A stretch of DNA of 63,234 bases, the filler included, from Folioceros fuciformis (Eukaryota): assembly GCA_049999805.1 (NCBI GenBank). It is 7 parts of 7 records of this genome, joined end to end, with 100 filler letters (N's around TTAATTAATTAA, not from the genome) between each part and the next. Parts side by side here need not be neighbours in the genome. Positions count along the whole stretch, not along the records: positions 8,464 to 23,144 come from JBNGIO010002918.1; positions 23,245 to 28,514 come from JBNGIO010002919.1; 5 more parts are not named here. One strand, 5' to 3'. Shown one piece after another: positions 14,671 to 27,037 of the stretch (position 1 is the stretch's first letter; each line of letters starts with the position of its first letter). A program made the position numbers and the translations under genes. The notes beneath the pieces were generated by a model. That model saw only the letters and a program-made list of their open reading frames with translations, had not been told where the DNA came from and did not search any database.

Positions 14671-16269
14671 CTACATCCAACTATCGATTTCTAGGCAAGG
14701 ATCCACACATTGAAGACTCTTCTTTTCAACCTGCTCATAGGGGTAGGGGGCAAGCCACCTCCAAGTAGGTGGCATGTAACGCAAATCTACAGCCAACATC
14801 TTGTCCTCGAGTGCGGTCAACATGATATAAATTTGGTCTTGGCTTCCCACCATCTTGATTTTACTGAAACTCCTAATAAAACAATTGTCAGTCGTCTATA
14901 TCGGGTAGTCGAGTTGAGTCCTTGCTATTAAGGGTTCTAAGGGGTCAAGCGTGGTATATAAAGGGTTGAGCATTGCATATAAGGGGTTGAGCATGGCAGT
15001 AGGCATGGTGGCCACCTTTGACCACACCAAACTCACAAAATCCAACTCCAAAAGTTGAATTTGCAACTTTTCCTCGTCTGGACTCTGCATACGGCGCACA
15101 TTAACTCTCACGCACAATAGTCGCTCCCGCACAACAATAGGCCCATGGCACGAATGAGTGTACCATACATTCCTGTTTGCATCAATGTTATTTCTAGGAT
15201 AGTTTGTGTTCAACCCACCCCACGTACCTTTCTCCAAATGATTGGTCAATATCTCACCAAAAGAAGAGAGGCAATACAACACATTTCCCCTGACCACGCC
15301 ATCTTGGTAGGGTGGTTTGTACATGGCATCACAACCGGTCAAGAACTATCCTATGTGTCCGGAAATGGCCGTCACCTTCCATTCCTTGAGCATAGAATCA
15401 AAGACGAAAGTTCGCATGCGATTCCTATAAGCCCTCATCACCACTAGCTTAAAGGAGCGTGCCTTGGCATCCACCAACATACCTCGCACATGCCCCACCC
15501 CGAAGTCACATGAGTTAGGATTAGTTGGCAACGCCGGCAAGCAGGTCCAGGAGCTTGCCACCGGGTTGCCCACGTACAGCGTCCTAACCTTGGACTTGCA
15601 GATATGGGTATTGATATCGGCAGACACTAGTGCCGCACCACTGGTACATACTTCGGGGAAGGACAAATCTGAATTGCAAGAGTGGTTGTACATGTGCAAG
15701 TCTTGGAGCTTGTACCAATGATCGGAAGCTGGGTCATATATTCTTGACCTCTTGGTGCTAAACCCAGTGTGGAGTTCCGGTGGTGATGTGTTACCCACCA
15801 CCCACAATACATGGTCTCTCACCCCCAACAATTGTTGCTCCTTCAATAGCGAGGAACATGACCCATAATTCCTCTTGCTCCTCCTCCACTCTTCACTCCA
15901 CAATGCTCGGGACAAGGCTTGGTTCACCACTGGCAACATTGCTATGATGTTGGTGATGATTTCATAAGGCAAGTTGCTCCATTCAACAACCTCCCGGACC
16001 AGCTCTTCCAGAGTCGCCTTTCTCACACCATCTGTCAATCCCATTCTCCTCACACTCTCTCCGTAATGCAACACCATGTCCCTGTTCAAGGACACATCAA
16101 GGCTCATATTTCCAACTTTCTCCGAGGCTCTTGCTATCTCCTTCTCCACTTGAAACCTCTTATCATCACCCTCTACATGCTCCCTTCCCACCACCTCCTC
16201 CGCACCATCCATTAGCCTTAGTCTTGTTAAGGTGTTATTCAAGGACGCAAAAAGATCCCAAAACGCCAA
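14671..16269 (-). pseudogene. F-box / kelch-like beta-propeller gene with two in-frame TAG stops
   Basis: F-box motif WSNLPYEIITNIIAMLP...W; propeller-type motifs IYDPASDHW, YVGNPVASSWTCLP, VFDSMLKEW, WSKVATMP. The three ORF-track pieces share one frame, broken by TAG at 15346-15348 and 14896-14898. Confidence 0.8.
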
Positions 16270-16859
16270 ATATCTTGTAGTCTATTGCAAACGTTTTCTT
16301 AACTTGACATCTTTTACCAATGGTACTATGTGCATGCTACCTCTTTACCAACTCCTTTCCATTTCCAGCATCCAATGGCATTGTCGAAGATAGTACCCTA
16401 GCATTGCCAAATCAATATTTAGTCCATGTGTCAAAACTCACTCACTCACCAACTAGTATTACCTAGACCATAGGTGAATCACCATAGTTACCATCGATAC
16501 CGTACTAAGTTTATGCAAGATAAACACATCTACAAGAATTCTAGGTGTTGTGTAGACTAGGTAATGCCATATATTCAATATTGTTTTAATAAAATAAATA
16601 AAGCTTTCATTTAGTAACACCCCATATCAATGAAATGAGCAAAGCAAGTAATTAGACATGACAGCAAGCTTAATCAACAAAGCACTTGGAGGGCACAATA
16701 AGACCAACACCAACACAAGGCCTTTAAGTAGCCCATCATCCTCCCATCTTTGTAAACTTACCATCTTCGCCTAAGCTATGAGCTTAGCTCTCTCAACTTG
16801 ACCTCATCCTCAAAGGCTCTGGTAGTGCACCGCACTATAGCTTCCCACAACGTTTATGT

Positions 16860-16891
16860 ACACCCCATAATATGCTAATATTATGGGGTGT
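16860..16891. repeat. Perfect 14-bp inverted repeat with 4-nt loop
   Basis: ACACCCCATAATAT-GCTA-ATATTATGGGGTGT. Confidence 0.9.
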
Positions 16892-16910
16892 GTTTATGGA
16901 CACGCCGAAG

Positions 16911-17206
16911 CTAATATTCCACGGTGACGGAAAAGGCAGGATATTTGTACAGTGGCAGCCGATACTTGGGAGGAACGAAGCTCGGATCGACCCCAACAGA
17001 GTGATCTACTGTCACCAGGTGTTTAGATGCACTGCCAGCCCATAACAAACATTGACCATGGTGAACGAGTGCCCACGAGGCGCTTTGTTCCCTGAACTTT
17101 GAGGACTTGAGGTGTGAGCGCCACTGTGTACAGACTTCGTGTAGGCTTCTCTGCTGGTCTGGGGCCAAACACCCCATAATAGTCTCTGCAGTCTCTACGG
17201 GTAGGG
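16911..17206 (-). pseudogene. Truncated F-box gene fragment
   Basis: LPVETAETIMGCLAPDQQRSLHEVCTQWRSHLKSSKF fits the F-box consensus; preceded by an in-frame TAA and ends after about 95 codons. Confidence 0.65.
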
Positions 17207-18367
17207 TTTAGGGTTTAGCAGGACACACGGTTACGCAGTTGGAGCGAGAGGAGAAGAACGGGCTTCGGTCTAGCTCTGTTGCCTCGCTTTTGCTCAATCT
17301 TACCTTCTCTGCCGCAATGACGCTCGGGAAGAGCATCAACACGGAGGCGGCCAGAAGGATTGTCAAAATTCAGGCCAACGGCACCCCGCCCCCGCCGCGG
17401 CCCCAGGTACGGTTCTCACGTCCTCTGTCGAGGAGAGTCCGCTTCCCATGTCTTCTTCCTCACATCTTCAGTTCTGGACTCAACATTGGTCACACGTACA
17501 GCTGATGTGCTGCTGCCCTGAGATGACAGCCGCCTCTCCTACCTATCCAAACTGTCAGCTTCCAGCGCATCCCATCCCTGAGAGAGGAGATACCCAAATC
17601 CGCGAACCTGCACCCGCTGAATGAAGGGAGTACCCAGATGCTTGCCAGGCAGTGACCTGTACGACACAAGTAGGGCGGAATGCAGGGACCTGGAAGACAC
17701 CTCAGCAGTCGACGACAGAGTAGGACGCAGTCCCGTACGGCGGGGGTGTGAGAGGAGCAGCAACAGCCCTCCTGTGGGTTTACGGTTCTCATTGCACTCA
17801 CTCTCCTGGTCTGGTGTGGATGCCTCCTCTCTTACGTTCTCCCACACTGTAACAGAAACTGAATCAGCACCGCACCAAAACAAATGCAGATTTGCCCAGG
17901 GGGCAATACATCCCTCCCTCAACAAGCCACAGACACACCGACTCCAATGAGTGAATGTGCAAGCAGACGGCACCAGATTCTATTTTGGGCTACTTACGAC
18001 CTCAAAATGGGCAGCACGCTGACAATGCTGATCGCACAGCAACACCAGCACCCCCAATTCTCCTTACCTGTGATACGCTGCCAATTTGGTGCAACTGCAG
18101 CAAGGCCAGGCGCCCACGACTGAGACAGTCCTGGTGGGGAAAGTCTTCTGGTCAGTCCTACCTGCCAACCTTTTTCTCTTGAACCTCGAGGAAAGATTCA
18201 AGGGCGGCCGCTGAATTCAGAGCCTCCAGAAATGATCTCCCACAGCCTCGATGAATCCTGCACTTCGCAGCAGATAGTAGGAAATGCTCGTTGGATAGAT
18301 GGCTAACACCTCCCGAAAGTGGAGAAGCATTGACAACTGTGTCTGCGGAACAGGCACAAGTGCCGAA

Positions 18368-19914
18368 ATGCAGCAAGTGGCTGTCCATGGGTGGCGCCGC
18401 ATTCCTGTTCGCCAGCACTCTTCCTCCAGCTCCTCTCAAGGCTCCCCTTCGAGCTTGGGTTGCATCCGAGAGGGAAGCAGGGTTGTGCAAACTGAAGTTA
18501 GATGCTCAATGGGCATGGAATGGCAACGAACAGGAGGCGAAAGTCGTCCAGGGTATGCACCAAGGCAGGATGGCATGGGACGTCGCAAAGACAGGAATGA
18601 GGGAAATCGAGAAGTTCGTTCCCCCAGGATCAACACCGAAGTGTCACCCAGCAGAGCAGGTATACGAGGAGGATGGTGAATCGCATCACATCCTTGGTGG
18701 ACAGAAAGAACTTGACTCGGACCGTCCTGTCATGCGGTTGCCGTAGTCAGATTGGCGAGAATCGAGGACGGAAGGGCGTATGCAGACATGCTCGGTGGAG
18801 ACGTTGAAACTCCTCCTGAAGATGAGATGGAGTACGTGGGTAGAACGTTAGGTTTCTACACACCTGGGCTGGAATCCCGGGACAAGAGATGGGTACGGAT
18901 GTGACTCGTCGTGGGATGTGATCAGCTGGTACCGATTTGCATGTAGCGCACTTGCTGATCGCACATGGCTGTAGGTGACAGACGTCGCTGCGCGGGCCAC
19001 TAGCTGGAAGCGGTATCTGGATTTTCTCATTTTCAGCTTTGCAAAACTGGAAAGCAGGGACTACGATCGTATGGAAGCAATACTGCGCCAGGTGGTTGCC
19101 TTGTCCAGAACTGCATGCTACTCCTTCCCCCTGGGTTGTCGTGGATGGCTCTCATCCATCATAGAATCGTCTCAACCTGTGCTTCTCACGATGCTTTCCC
19201 ATGGTTTTTACAGCACGTGACCCTGGCAAAGGCTGCCGTGAGGCCTGGTGCGGGGAGCCTTGTCAATGGCCTTCTGAGGAATCTGATTCGGGACAAGGTT
19301 GGTCTGTGTGGCTAACAACATTTCTGTTGGCATACATTCCTTCTCCCGCTGTTATCTGCATGGAGTTGTCACACTGATCACATCGATCCCAGGATAACAA
19401 CATGCTACCTATTCCAGCAGTGGAAGGTGATGATCGTGCCAGAGCACGTGCACTGTCGACAATCCACTGTCATCCTGTGTTGGTGAGAGCATGGGGCTCC
19501 TGCGTCCTCATCTTAGGTCTTGTGGATGTTTGATGAGTTTTCCCATGCTGCTGTGAAGTTTGTATTAGTCTTCTGGATAAGCAGGACGAACAGGAGCCTG
19601 AAACGTCAGTTCTGATTGTAGTGGATGGTAAGACGATGGCTGGCACGCTACGGTGAAGAGCAAACAGTGCAGCTCATGCAGTGGAACAATGAACGACCCA
19701 CGTTTTCTCTCAGGTTTTAGTGAGTCTTGAAGCTGCCTCATCTGCTGAAAGGTGTCCTCTCCTCATGGTCTCGCACCATGGAAACCGGCAGTGACGTGGT
19801 TTTTGTGCGGGCGCTTTGGTGCTGAGTGATTGGGCTGGTGCCGTGAACGGCAGGGCTTATGCTGGGAAAGGAGAGTCGGGAGAAGCTGTGTGCACCAAGC
19901 TTCGTGAGCTCGAG
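18368..19914 (+). pseudogene. RsmB: 5' half of plastid RsmB/Sun (NusB-domain 16S rRNA m5C methyltransferase); methyltransferase domain absent
   Basis: Transit-like start MQQVAVHG...VRCS; exons EVSPSRA / VAVVRLARIEDGRAYADML...EMEYVGRTLGF / VTDVAARATSWKRYLDFLI / LAKAAVRPGAGSLVNGLLRNL / VEGDDRARARALSTIHCHP / WMVRRW...WNNERPTFSLR. The acceptor at 18736-18737 is GG instead of AG, and one expected exon is missing. Confidence 0.85.
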
Positions 19915-19949
19915 GTTAGGTGTTATGCTCCGGAGAGTTGGTGAGTCTT

Positions 19950-22629
19950 CAAAAGGAATGTTGCTGTGAAGAGCTCAGAAGGGCATGACTGACATACCTG
20001 CCTGGAACAGGTTGATAACGTAGAATCTGGCCTCATGACGGAGGGTGAGTGAGGACCTGACGGACAGGTTCGAAGGGTCAAGTGCACTGGAACGCAGCAG
20101 TCAGCTAGAAGGTAGAGGGTAGCGGTGGAGGAAGGGTCCAAGGAAGAGGAAGAGGAAGAGATGAACGTCCGGAAGTTACGTTTGGTTTCGAAGATTCAGA
20201 AGCTGACTGGGATGGTACCGAGGTTTTCAAGGATGAGGATGGTCAAGAGTCCTCGGCCAGGACATTTTCTAGAGTTCAATCAGCTGGAAAAGAACCACTT
20301 TCACCTGAGCTTGATGGGAAAGAGGGTGAGCGCGGTGGTTAGAACAGAGAGCTTGATGATGATGAAGAAGATGACTCTCCCGAGGGCTTCTCCACGCTGA
20401 AAACAGGAGGCAGAGAAAAGAAGTGGCAGTTCATGGTGAGGAAGAAGCGAGCTGCAGCACAGCTGGCTGATGACCTTGATGGAAACGAGGATGTCCTGGA
20501 GGATGATAGTGGGGCCTACAGGCGGAGGAAAGTGGGCTGGCTGTGTAAAGAAATTCCTGCCACTGAATCCTCGAGAGATAATCTCGATTCTGAATGCACA
20601 CAAGCGGTGGATTCGTGATACTGACACGAAGCAGGTTATTGAGCACCTTCTGCGAATAGAGAACTCTCTTCGACCTTACAGGGTACGTCCTCCTTGATAG
20701 GTTCATGTGCAGCTGGCAAAGCATGGTACGGTTTTCCCATGAACTGTCGGACAAGGCATTGCTGTGTTGTGTATCTTATCGTTTTCTTGGTTTGCAGGTT
20801 CTGAAGTGGATGACTGGGCAGGGCAGCCTTGGTATGAGTTGGACCTTGAGTCGCATACAAAGACGGCAAACATGCTATGCCGGGGTGAAACGCCAAGACG
20901 AGCACGTCACCTGTATGACCAGATAATTGATGCCGAGAAAGTTCCGGACCCGTCAACCTTTGTTGCACTGACAAACAAGGATACCGAGGAAAAATTGGGG
21001 CCTGCCGTGGAAGAAGCGTGGACCATCTTCAATCGGATGAAGCAGCTGGGAGGATACCCTCCCCCTTCGTTGCAGTATGCATTGTTTGATGCTGTTTGAA
21101 CAAGGCCGTAAGAACCCCTGGATTCGGAGAAAGGGCCGATTCGTTGTTCAAGGGGGCAGGGATCAACCGCAGTAAGGAAATGTCTGAGTCACTGATGAAC
21201 TATCATTCCAAACAAAGCAATCTACCCAGGGTTGCTGCTTTGGTTCAGGACATGACTAGTGAGCGAATGGAGCCTGGACAGAATATCTTCTCCACCATGT
21301 TGGAGATCAGAGCTAGGGAGGCACCTCCGGAGAAAGCACAAAATGCGTTGGTGAGCTTGTGGAGGCTGGGTTCAATCAAGGCATATGTTTTAGCTTACAT
21401 CTCATTGATCACAGCATATGGCAGGGCTGATCGAAGGTCGGAAGCCATGGAAAACTTTTCTGCTGTGGAGGCCGCTGCTGTGTCGCCTAATGCACGGGCT
21501 CTGGAAACCCTTATCAAAATACGTATCTTGAGAAGCTAGAGTCCACAGGTGCCTATCCTTCACCATCTACGTACAACTCCATGCTGCAGATGTAGGTTGC
21601 AAGGGAGTTGCCTGAGGAGGGCAACACGTGTAAGACAAGGGCTGTCGCAATGACCAGCAGACTTACTTGATTCTCATTGAGCACTACATAGCTGAGGGTT
21701 CACTCACGCAAGCTGAGGTTATGTATGAGCAGATGCGTAGTGCAGTTCAGCCTAGTCAGAGTGATTACGGCCTTATGCTTGAGGCTTACGGAAAAGTAGG
21801 TGACAGAGACAAGCTCAAGTAGCTGTTTGAGCATCCTTGCTCCAGTCGAATCTTTGTGCCTGAGGAATGCAAGAACCTTTTTATCAAGGCTGTTGGCCGG
21901 AAACGTGTGGAAGAGAAGGCACTGTGAAAGGTGTCCCTGGATTCAACACAACGCATTATACTCTTGGGTGTGCTTTTGGGCGGGACTAAGATGGCAACAC
22001 CGGACAGGGATCGAACCTACTCGTTCCGCTTCGGGCTAGATCCGTTTAGACTCGTAGGCTCACTAGAGATTGATCATCTGTTTGACCTGCTCTCAGATTG
22101 GGTAGTTGGCCCCCCTGATTTGGTGGCACGTGAACCAGACCAAGAAGGCAATGCTAACGCAGGTACAAAGGAGCTCCCAACTATCAGCCATGGCTCCTAT
22201 CGTTTCTTCTATCACCAGTTTACACCCAAGGGCACTCCAAAGATTCCCAGGCTCATTCATAGGTGGCTGAACCCTCAGTGCCTTGCCTATTGGGACATGT
22301 ATGGTGGTCACAGATGTGATGAAACTGGAGGTATCGTCTTCAACGTACCGGGCTATTCCAACAAAGAGGTGATACATAACGTGAAGGCCCTCAAAACACG
22401 TGCCATAGACCGCGAGAGCAAGGAAACTGAGGACAAGCAGAAGCTGCGGTTCAGGGGTCAGTCTGCTGTATGGTTGTGGAAGCTGATGGAACCACACATT
22501 TTGGACACACTGAAGGATGGTCTCAGACCTGACCCCAAGCTCGAAATAGACAGTTTCCAAGACCAGGCCAGGAGAGAACAACCTGAACCTGACTTTAGCG
22601 AGGTTGAAGTCAAAGCCCTAGTCCTGTGA
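19950..22629 (+). pseudogene. OTP51: OTP51-like PPR-LAGLIDADG plastid splicing factor, frameshifted and probably 5'-truncated
   Basis: RKVGWLCKE, ILNAHKRWI, PPR helices (NRMKQLGGYPP, AYISLITAYGRA), C-terminal QRIILLGVLLGG...IPRLIHRWLNPQCLAYW...LWKLMEPHIL. Intron 20683-20797; frame breaks near 20560, 20820, 21097 and 21530-21660. 5' boundary approximate. Confidence 0.88.
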
Positions 22630-23244
22630 CATCTATCTTCAGGGGATGGTAAGGACTGGCAGGTTGTTGCAGACGCTCTCCACAAGGAGCGGATGGCTCG
22701 CAGGAATGCGGCACTGCAGGTAGAAACCAAGAGCAGCCCTGGGTGAGCTTCGTTTTGTTTAACTACAAGTCGAAAAACTACGGACATACTGTATGTAGGT
22801 AGTCAAAGGACCCCTCATAAACGCCTGCCTCTGGACGATAAAGGGCCCATGATAAGGCGGGCGTCCACGTTGCCGGACAGCCAGCCCTCTTTCGATGTAG
22901 GCAAGCGTCGGCAAGCGCAAGCCGAGTGGAGTGGAGAGGAGACGAGAGGAGCGGGGAGGAGAAAAAAGGCTTGTGGGATCGCACCTTAAAGTACCAAATT
23001 TCCTTCCCATTCCGTTACCCCCTTCTCCTCTGCTCTGCCACACCGTTATGCACTTTTCGTACCTTTGCTGCTCCTCCTCCGCGTTTTCCTCCTTTCTCAC
23101 TGGCATGTCAAAACATACATACCTACTATTAATAATAGCTTGTGNNNNNNNNNNNNNNNNNNNNNNNNNNNNNNNNNNNNNNNNNNNNTTAATTAATTAA
23201 NNNNNNNNNNNNNNNNNNNNNNNNNNNNNNNNNNNNNNNNNNNN

Positions 23245-25130
23245 TGACTTCAAGGAGAAGGATCGCTTCAATGGCACAAAATTTGAAGTATGGTCTCATC
23301 GAATGAAGACTGCTTTGAATACTCGGGATCTGCTCCCGATTGTCGAAGGTACCTTCCCCAAGCCGTCTTGTCCCTAGTCCGCTATTGACTCTTGGGTAAA
23401 GCAGGTCAGATAGGCTATGCATATGCTAATCTCCGGATTAGACGAGGTTACCTTACACCTTTATGATGGTGCCATAACCTCTGCTGAAGCTTGGAAACAA
23501 CTCATAGATATCTATCAATCTACTAATGTGATGACTCTTGTTACGGTACGTTTGGAGTTCTACTCATTACGTATGCAACCTAACGACAGTGTTGCAGCAC
23601 ATAAGCAAGTTTAGGTATGTACTCGCTCAACTTGCAGCACTTGAAACGGTAATCTCCGAAGTTGATGCTGCGGTCCAGCTCTTAGCTAGCCTCCCGACTA
23701 GTTATCAAACCTTTGTCTCGTCCCAGAATCAGATGGTGAGAAATGCTCACCAAGTTGTTAGGTCGGGCCAAGTCCCAAATATAATTGTGACAGAGATTGC
23801 TGGAGCTCACCTACAAGAGGAGGCTGCCAGGTTCAATGTTGGCACATCTCAATACGGGGGAGAAAGGGTCATGTTCGTGACCAACGATAGGTCACAATAG
23901 AATACGAACAGGAGCTCTCAGAGATCTTTGGGTTCTTCCAAGTCTCCTAAGCGAGAGGGGACATGTCGTTGGTGCCAGATACCTAGCCATTGGAAGAGAG
24001 AGTGTCGGAAGAAACAGGCCGGTGAGGCCCGCCAGGAGCCAAGGATGGAGAATGCTGCCGCCGTCTCCAAAACCAAGACCCAGTACTTGGATCAGCCCGA
24101 CCTCGTGCTCTAACTATGTATTTAGTGGTTTCTATCTACAAGATATGTGGCTAATTGCTTTTGCGGCGTTAGTGCACAACTGTAGCCATAGACATATGTT
24201 CACATCATGGCGAAAGATATCGTCTTCGTACAACAAGTCTTGCAAGACGACACGTTCCGCTTGATTTTAGCCAGGAAGACTATGTTCTCTACTCGATCTT
24301 GCATGCGGTCGTCCGCGTCATGTCTTGTACATTTCGTGGGCAAATCTGTTCTTACAGTTGTTGCCTCACTAATCTAGTGTATCGATCTTGTTAGATGGTC
24401 CATTTAGAGGGAGATCATACCATGGCGATGCTCTTCTCATACTTCCATGTTCTGGATGCTAGTTGCACTGCTCTTTATAATTGGCTTCTTCACCTCAAGC
24501 ATTTCCAATGTTCATAGTTTACGCTCGAGAGGGGGAAGATGAACAAGCCATGGCAAGGAGTACCGGTGAACTTGCTATTAGAATCATGGTGCCCCATTAC
24601 GTTGGTGCGGTACATGGCGTTCCCAAGGCACCTATGGAATAGAAAAAAGGAGTTCAACAAGCCGATTTCACTACCTCTGAAGACATGCAGATTATCTCTG
24701 CTGCAGAGGGAGTTCTACTTACGCTTCCAAAGGGTTACAATCCTAAAGCAGCTGAGTGGAGTTGTTGGCAATCGGTGATGAATATGATTATTTGGCTTTC
24801 TCAGAAAAGTGGTCATTGGAATGGTAGAATGTAGATACTGTACGATGCTGTATGATTTAGGTCGCTCATTTGGTGGGGCTATCCGTTTTTGTTCCGTCAC
24901 TAGGAGTTCTAAGATGTTGCAGAAAGCTTACTCTTTTCTGGTCACAAGAGTGGTGTTCTTCTCCACGAGTTGCTGTACACTACAGGCTCATCGCGAGGCA
25001 GTTTGACCGACTCTAGGTGATAGCCGAATTGAGCAAGGCTGGAAACTTAACTACAACAAGAGTGATCTCCTTTTGTTTAATGGAGCTCTTAGATAACAGC
25101 AACCCGCAACGTGTCTGAGAGGGAGAGTTA
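23245..25130 (+). mobile_element. Ty1/Copia remnant: gag (UBN2-like plus zinc knuckle) to ~24113, no recognisable pol, putative PPT/3' LTR start ~25117-25130
   Basis: RFNGTKFEVWSHRMKTAL, SAEAWKQL, LLASLPTSY, CRWCQIPSHWKREC; purine tract GAGAGGGAGAG followed by TTAG. Confidence 0.8.
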
Positions 25131-25500
25131 GAACAAAAAGCAGACCACGTTGGTTAGTCTAACTAGGCTTAGCTTTAAATGTAGTTAGTTAACTAGCAAG
25201 CTAGCGAAAGGACACAACCCTTCGTAACCCTTTAAAAGCCCACCTATCAACCTAAACCTTAGTTGATTGTTTATTCTTCCTAGTAAAGCATCTACTTGAT
25301 GCAAGACGCTTCCGCATGGCATTTTTAACTTGTATGCTTAACGTCTGCACGCTATAGAGGTTGCCAAGATGACTTGGCACATGGAGATGCACAAGGCCAT
25401 GTTAGACCATGAAATGCGTAAAGAGCAACTCCAAATGGAAAATAATCTAAGGATTGTAGAAGCTCTCGCTCGACGATCTCCTAAGAAGGCAAAACTTGTA

Positions 25501-25600
25501 AGCTTCTTTGTTTGGTAGGGTGGAGTGAGCTTTGTTTGGTAGGGAGGAGTGAGCTTCTTTGTTTGGTAGAGTGGAGTGAGCTTCCCTGTTTGGTAGGTAG
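25501..25600. repeat. 24-27 bp minisatellite, about 4 copies
   Basis: AGCTT(CTT)TGTTTGGTAGGGTGGAGTG units. Confidence 0.8.
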
Positions 25601-27037
25601 GAGAAGGTGTCCCACAGAGGAATTCATCATCGCAACTATTGTTCTTGTGATCTATGGAGTGAAATCTTGTGTCCATAGACACCGTGAGGTCCACATTCAC
25701 CCTCTATGTCGTTGTAGTCGTATGATTTGCTCCCAAGGGAATGATTTGTGCCAAGGAACGTTAACTTCTATCACTACTGACCCTTACCTAAGTTAAGACT
25801 CACCTACTACCTCTACTACTACTTACCGGCTCTATTACTACTACCCCCAGTTAGACCAGCTACTGCGGACCTTACTCTACGACTTTGATTCCCACTCCAC
25901 GACCGCGGTCACTGTTTCCGCGACCGGTAATTGTGTCCACGACTGTGGTGGGATCCACCCAAAACCCTAACTAATATTTTTCCGGCGCACGCGCCACCGC
26001 GGGTTTCCACAACGAGTTTCTGCCTAGGGTCTTCCAGACTCACAAATCTGGCCTTATTGAATGCCCTCCACACATGCAAATGCCAATGCTGGGGAAATAA
26101 GACCCCGCGGATCAGCCACACTCCTTCACACACACATGCAAGACTCTCCACACATGCAAAACACACAAGAGCTCTAGTTCACACTTGTTTCTCACAAGCC
26201 TGATCCTAAATGTCCACAAATCTCCAGCAATCCCTCACCAATCCTCCACAATCTCCCTCAATCTCCAACAATCTTCCACAAACGCCTAGACATCTCTTAG
26301 AAATCTTCCAGAAATCATCTCCAATCTCCAATAATCTTCCACAATCTCTCAGCAATCCTCTTCAGTTAATTGTAGTTAGTTCTTCTCCTTCACTCTCAAT
26401 CTCCTACCTCACACCTCGTATCGTGTTCAGTGCTTGGTCGCTCTCCTCTCCTTCTCTTCTCAGCTCACTCACACATTCTCTTCAAACACATCCTCAATCT
26501 TCGTGTTTACACACACTTCTACACTCAGAATTTCAGAACACAACCAGCAGTTCAAGGACTAAGGGAAGGGGAAGCTTCTGGACGTCATAGTAGGCGTTAC
26601 GAGCAAGCTCCAGACCCACCCCGTGCCAATCCTTCAGCTCCTCTTCCGTTGTCAGCAAAACTTGCTTAATCATCCCCATCACCACCAGCCGAGGAGCAAA
26701 GCTCTCGACCACCCGGATTTTTCAAGAGCAGGGCAATGAAAGGTTGAGGTGTGACGGCCGGATGGATGCATTGAGCCCCCCATGGGGGCGCTCGATAGTC
26801 CACTCATGGGCACAAGTGGCCAGCATGGGTACAGATGTGCAGAATGGGCGGAAGCCTATTAAAGGAGCGCAAGCAGCTAATCCGAATGAGCTTAGGCGGA
26901 AGAAAGCAGTGCCTGAGCAGGAGGCTCAGGTACAGACTCTCAGGAAGGACACCGCCTAGGAGAGGAGAATCGAGGGCACAAGTATAGAGACGGGCTCGGC
27001 CCCAACAACTGAGGGGCTCGGCATCCAACTCAGTCCT

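Noticed and set aside
14671-16269. U-to-C RNA editing restoring the TAG stops
   Set aside because: Such editing is established for organellar transcripts of hornworts and ferns, not nuclear mRNAs; pseudogenisation is simpler.
17202-17218. Interstitial telomere
   Set aside because: Only about two TTTAGGG units, no more than a telo-box-sized motif.
18368-19914. Bacterial contamination or recent HGT (RsmB; likewise L13 and GT4)
   Set aside because: Spliceosomal introns in RsmB and RPL13, targeting or anchor sequences and plant-type motifs point to ordinary plant nuclear genes.
21931-22629. Free-standing LAGLIDADG homing endonuclease or mobile intron
   Set aside because: It is the C-terminal domain of OTP51, directly downstream of matching PPR repeats.
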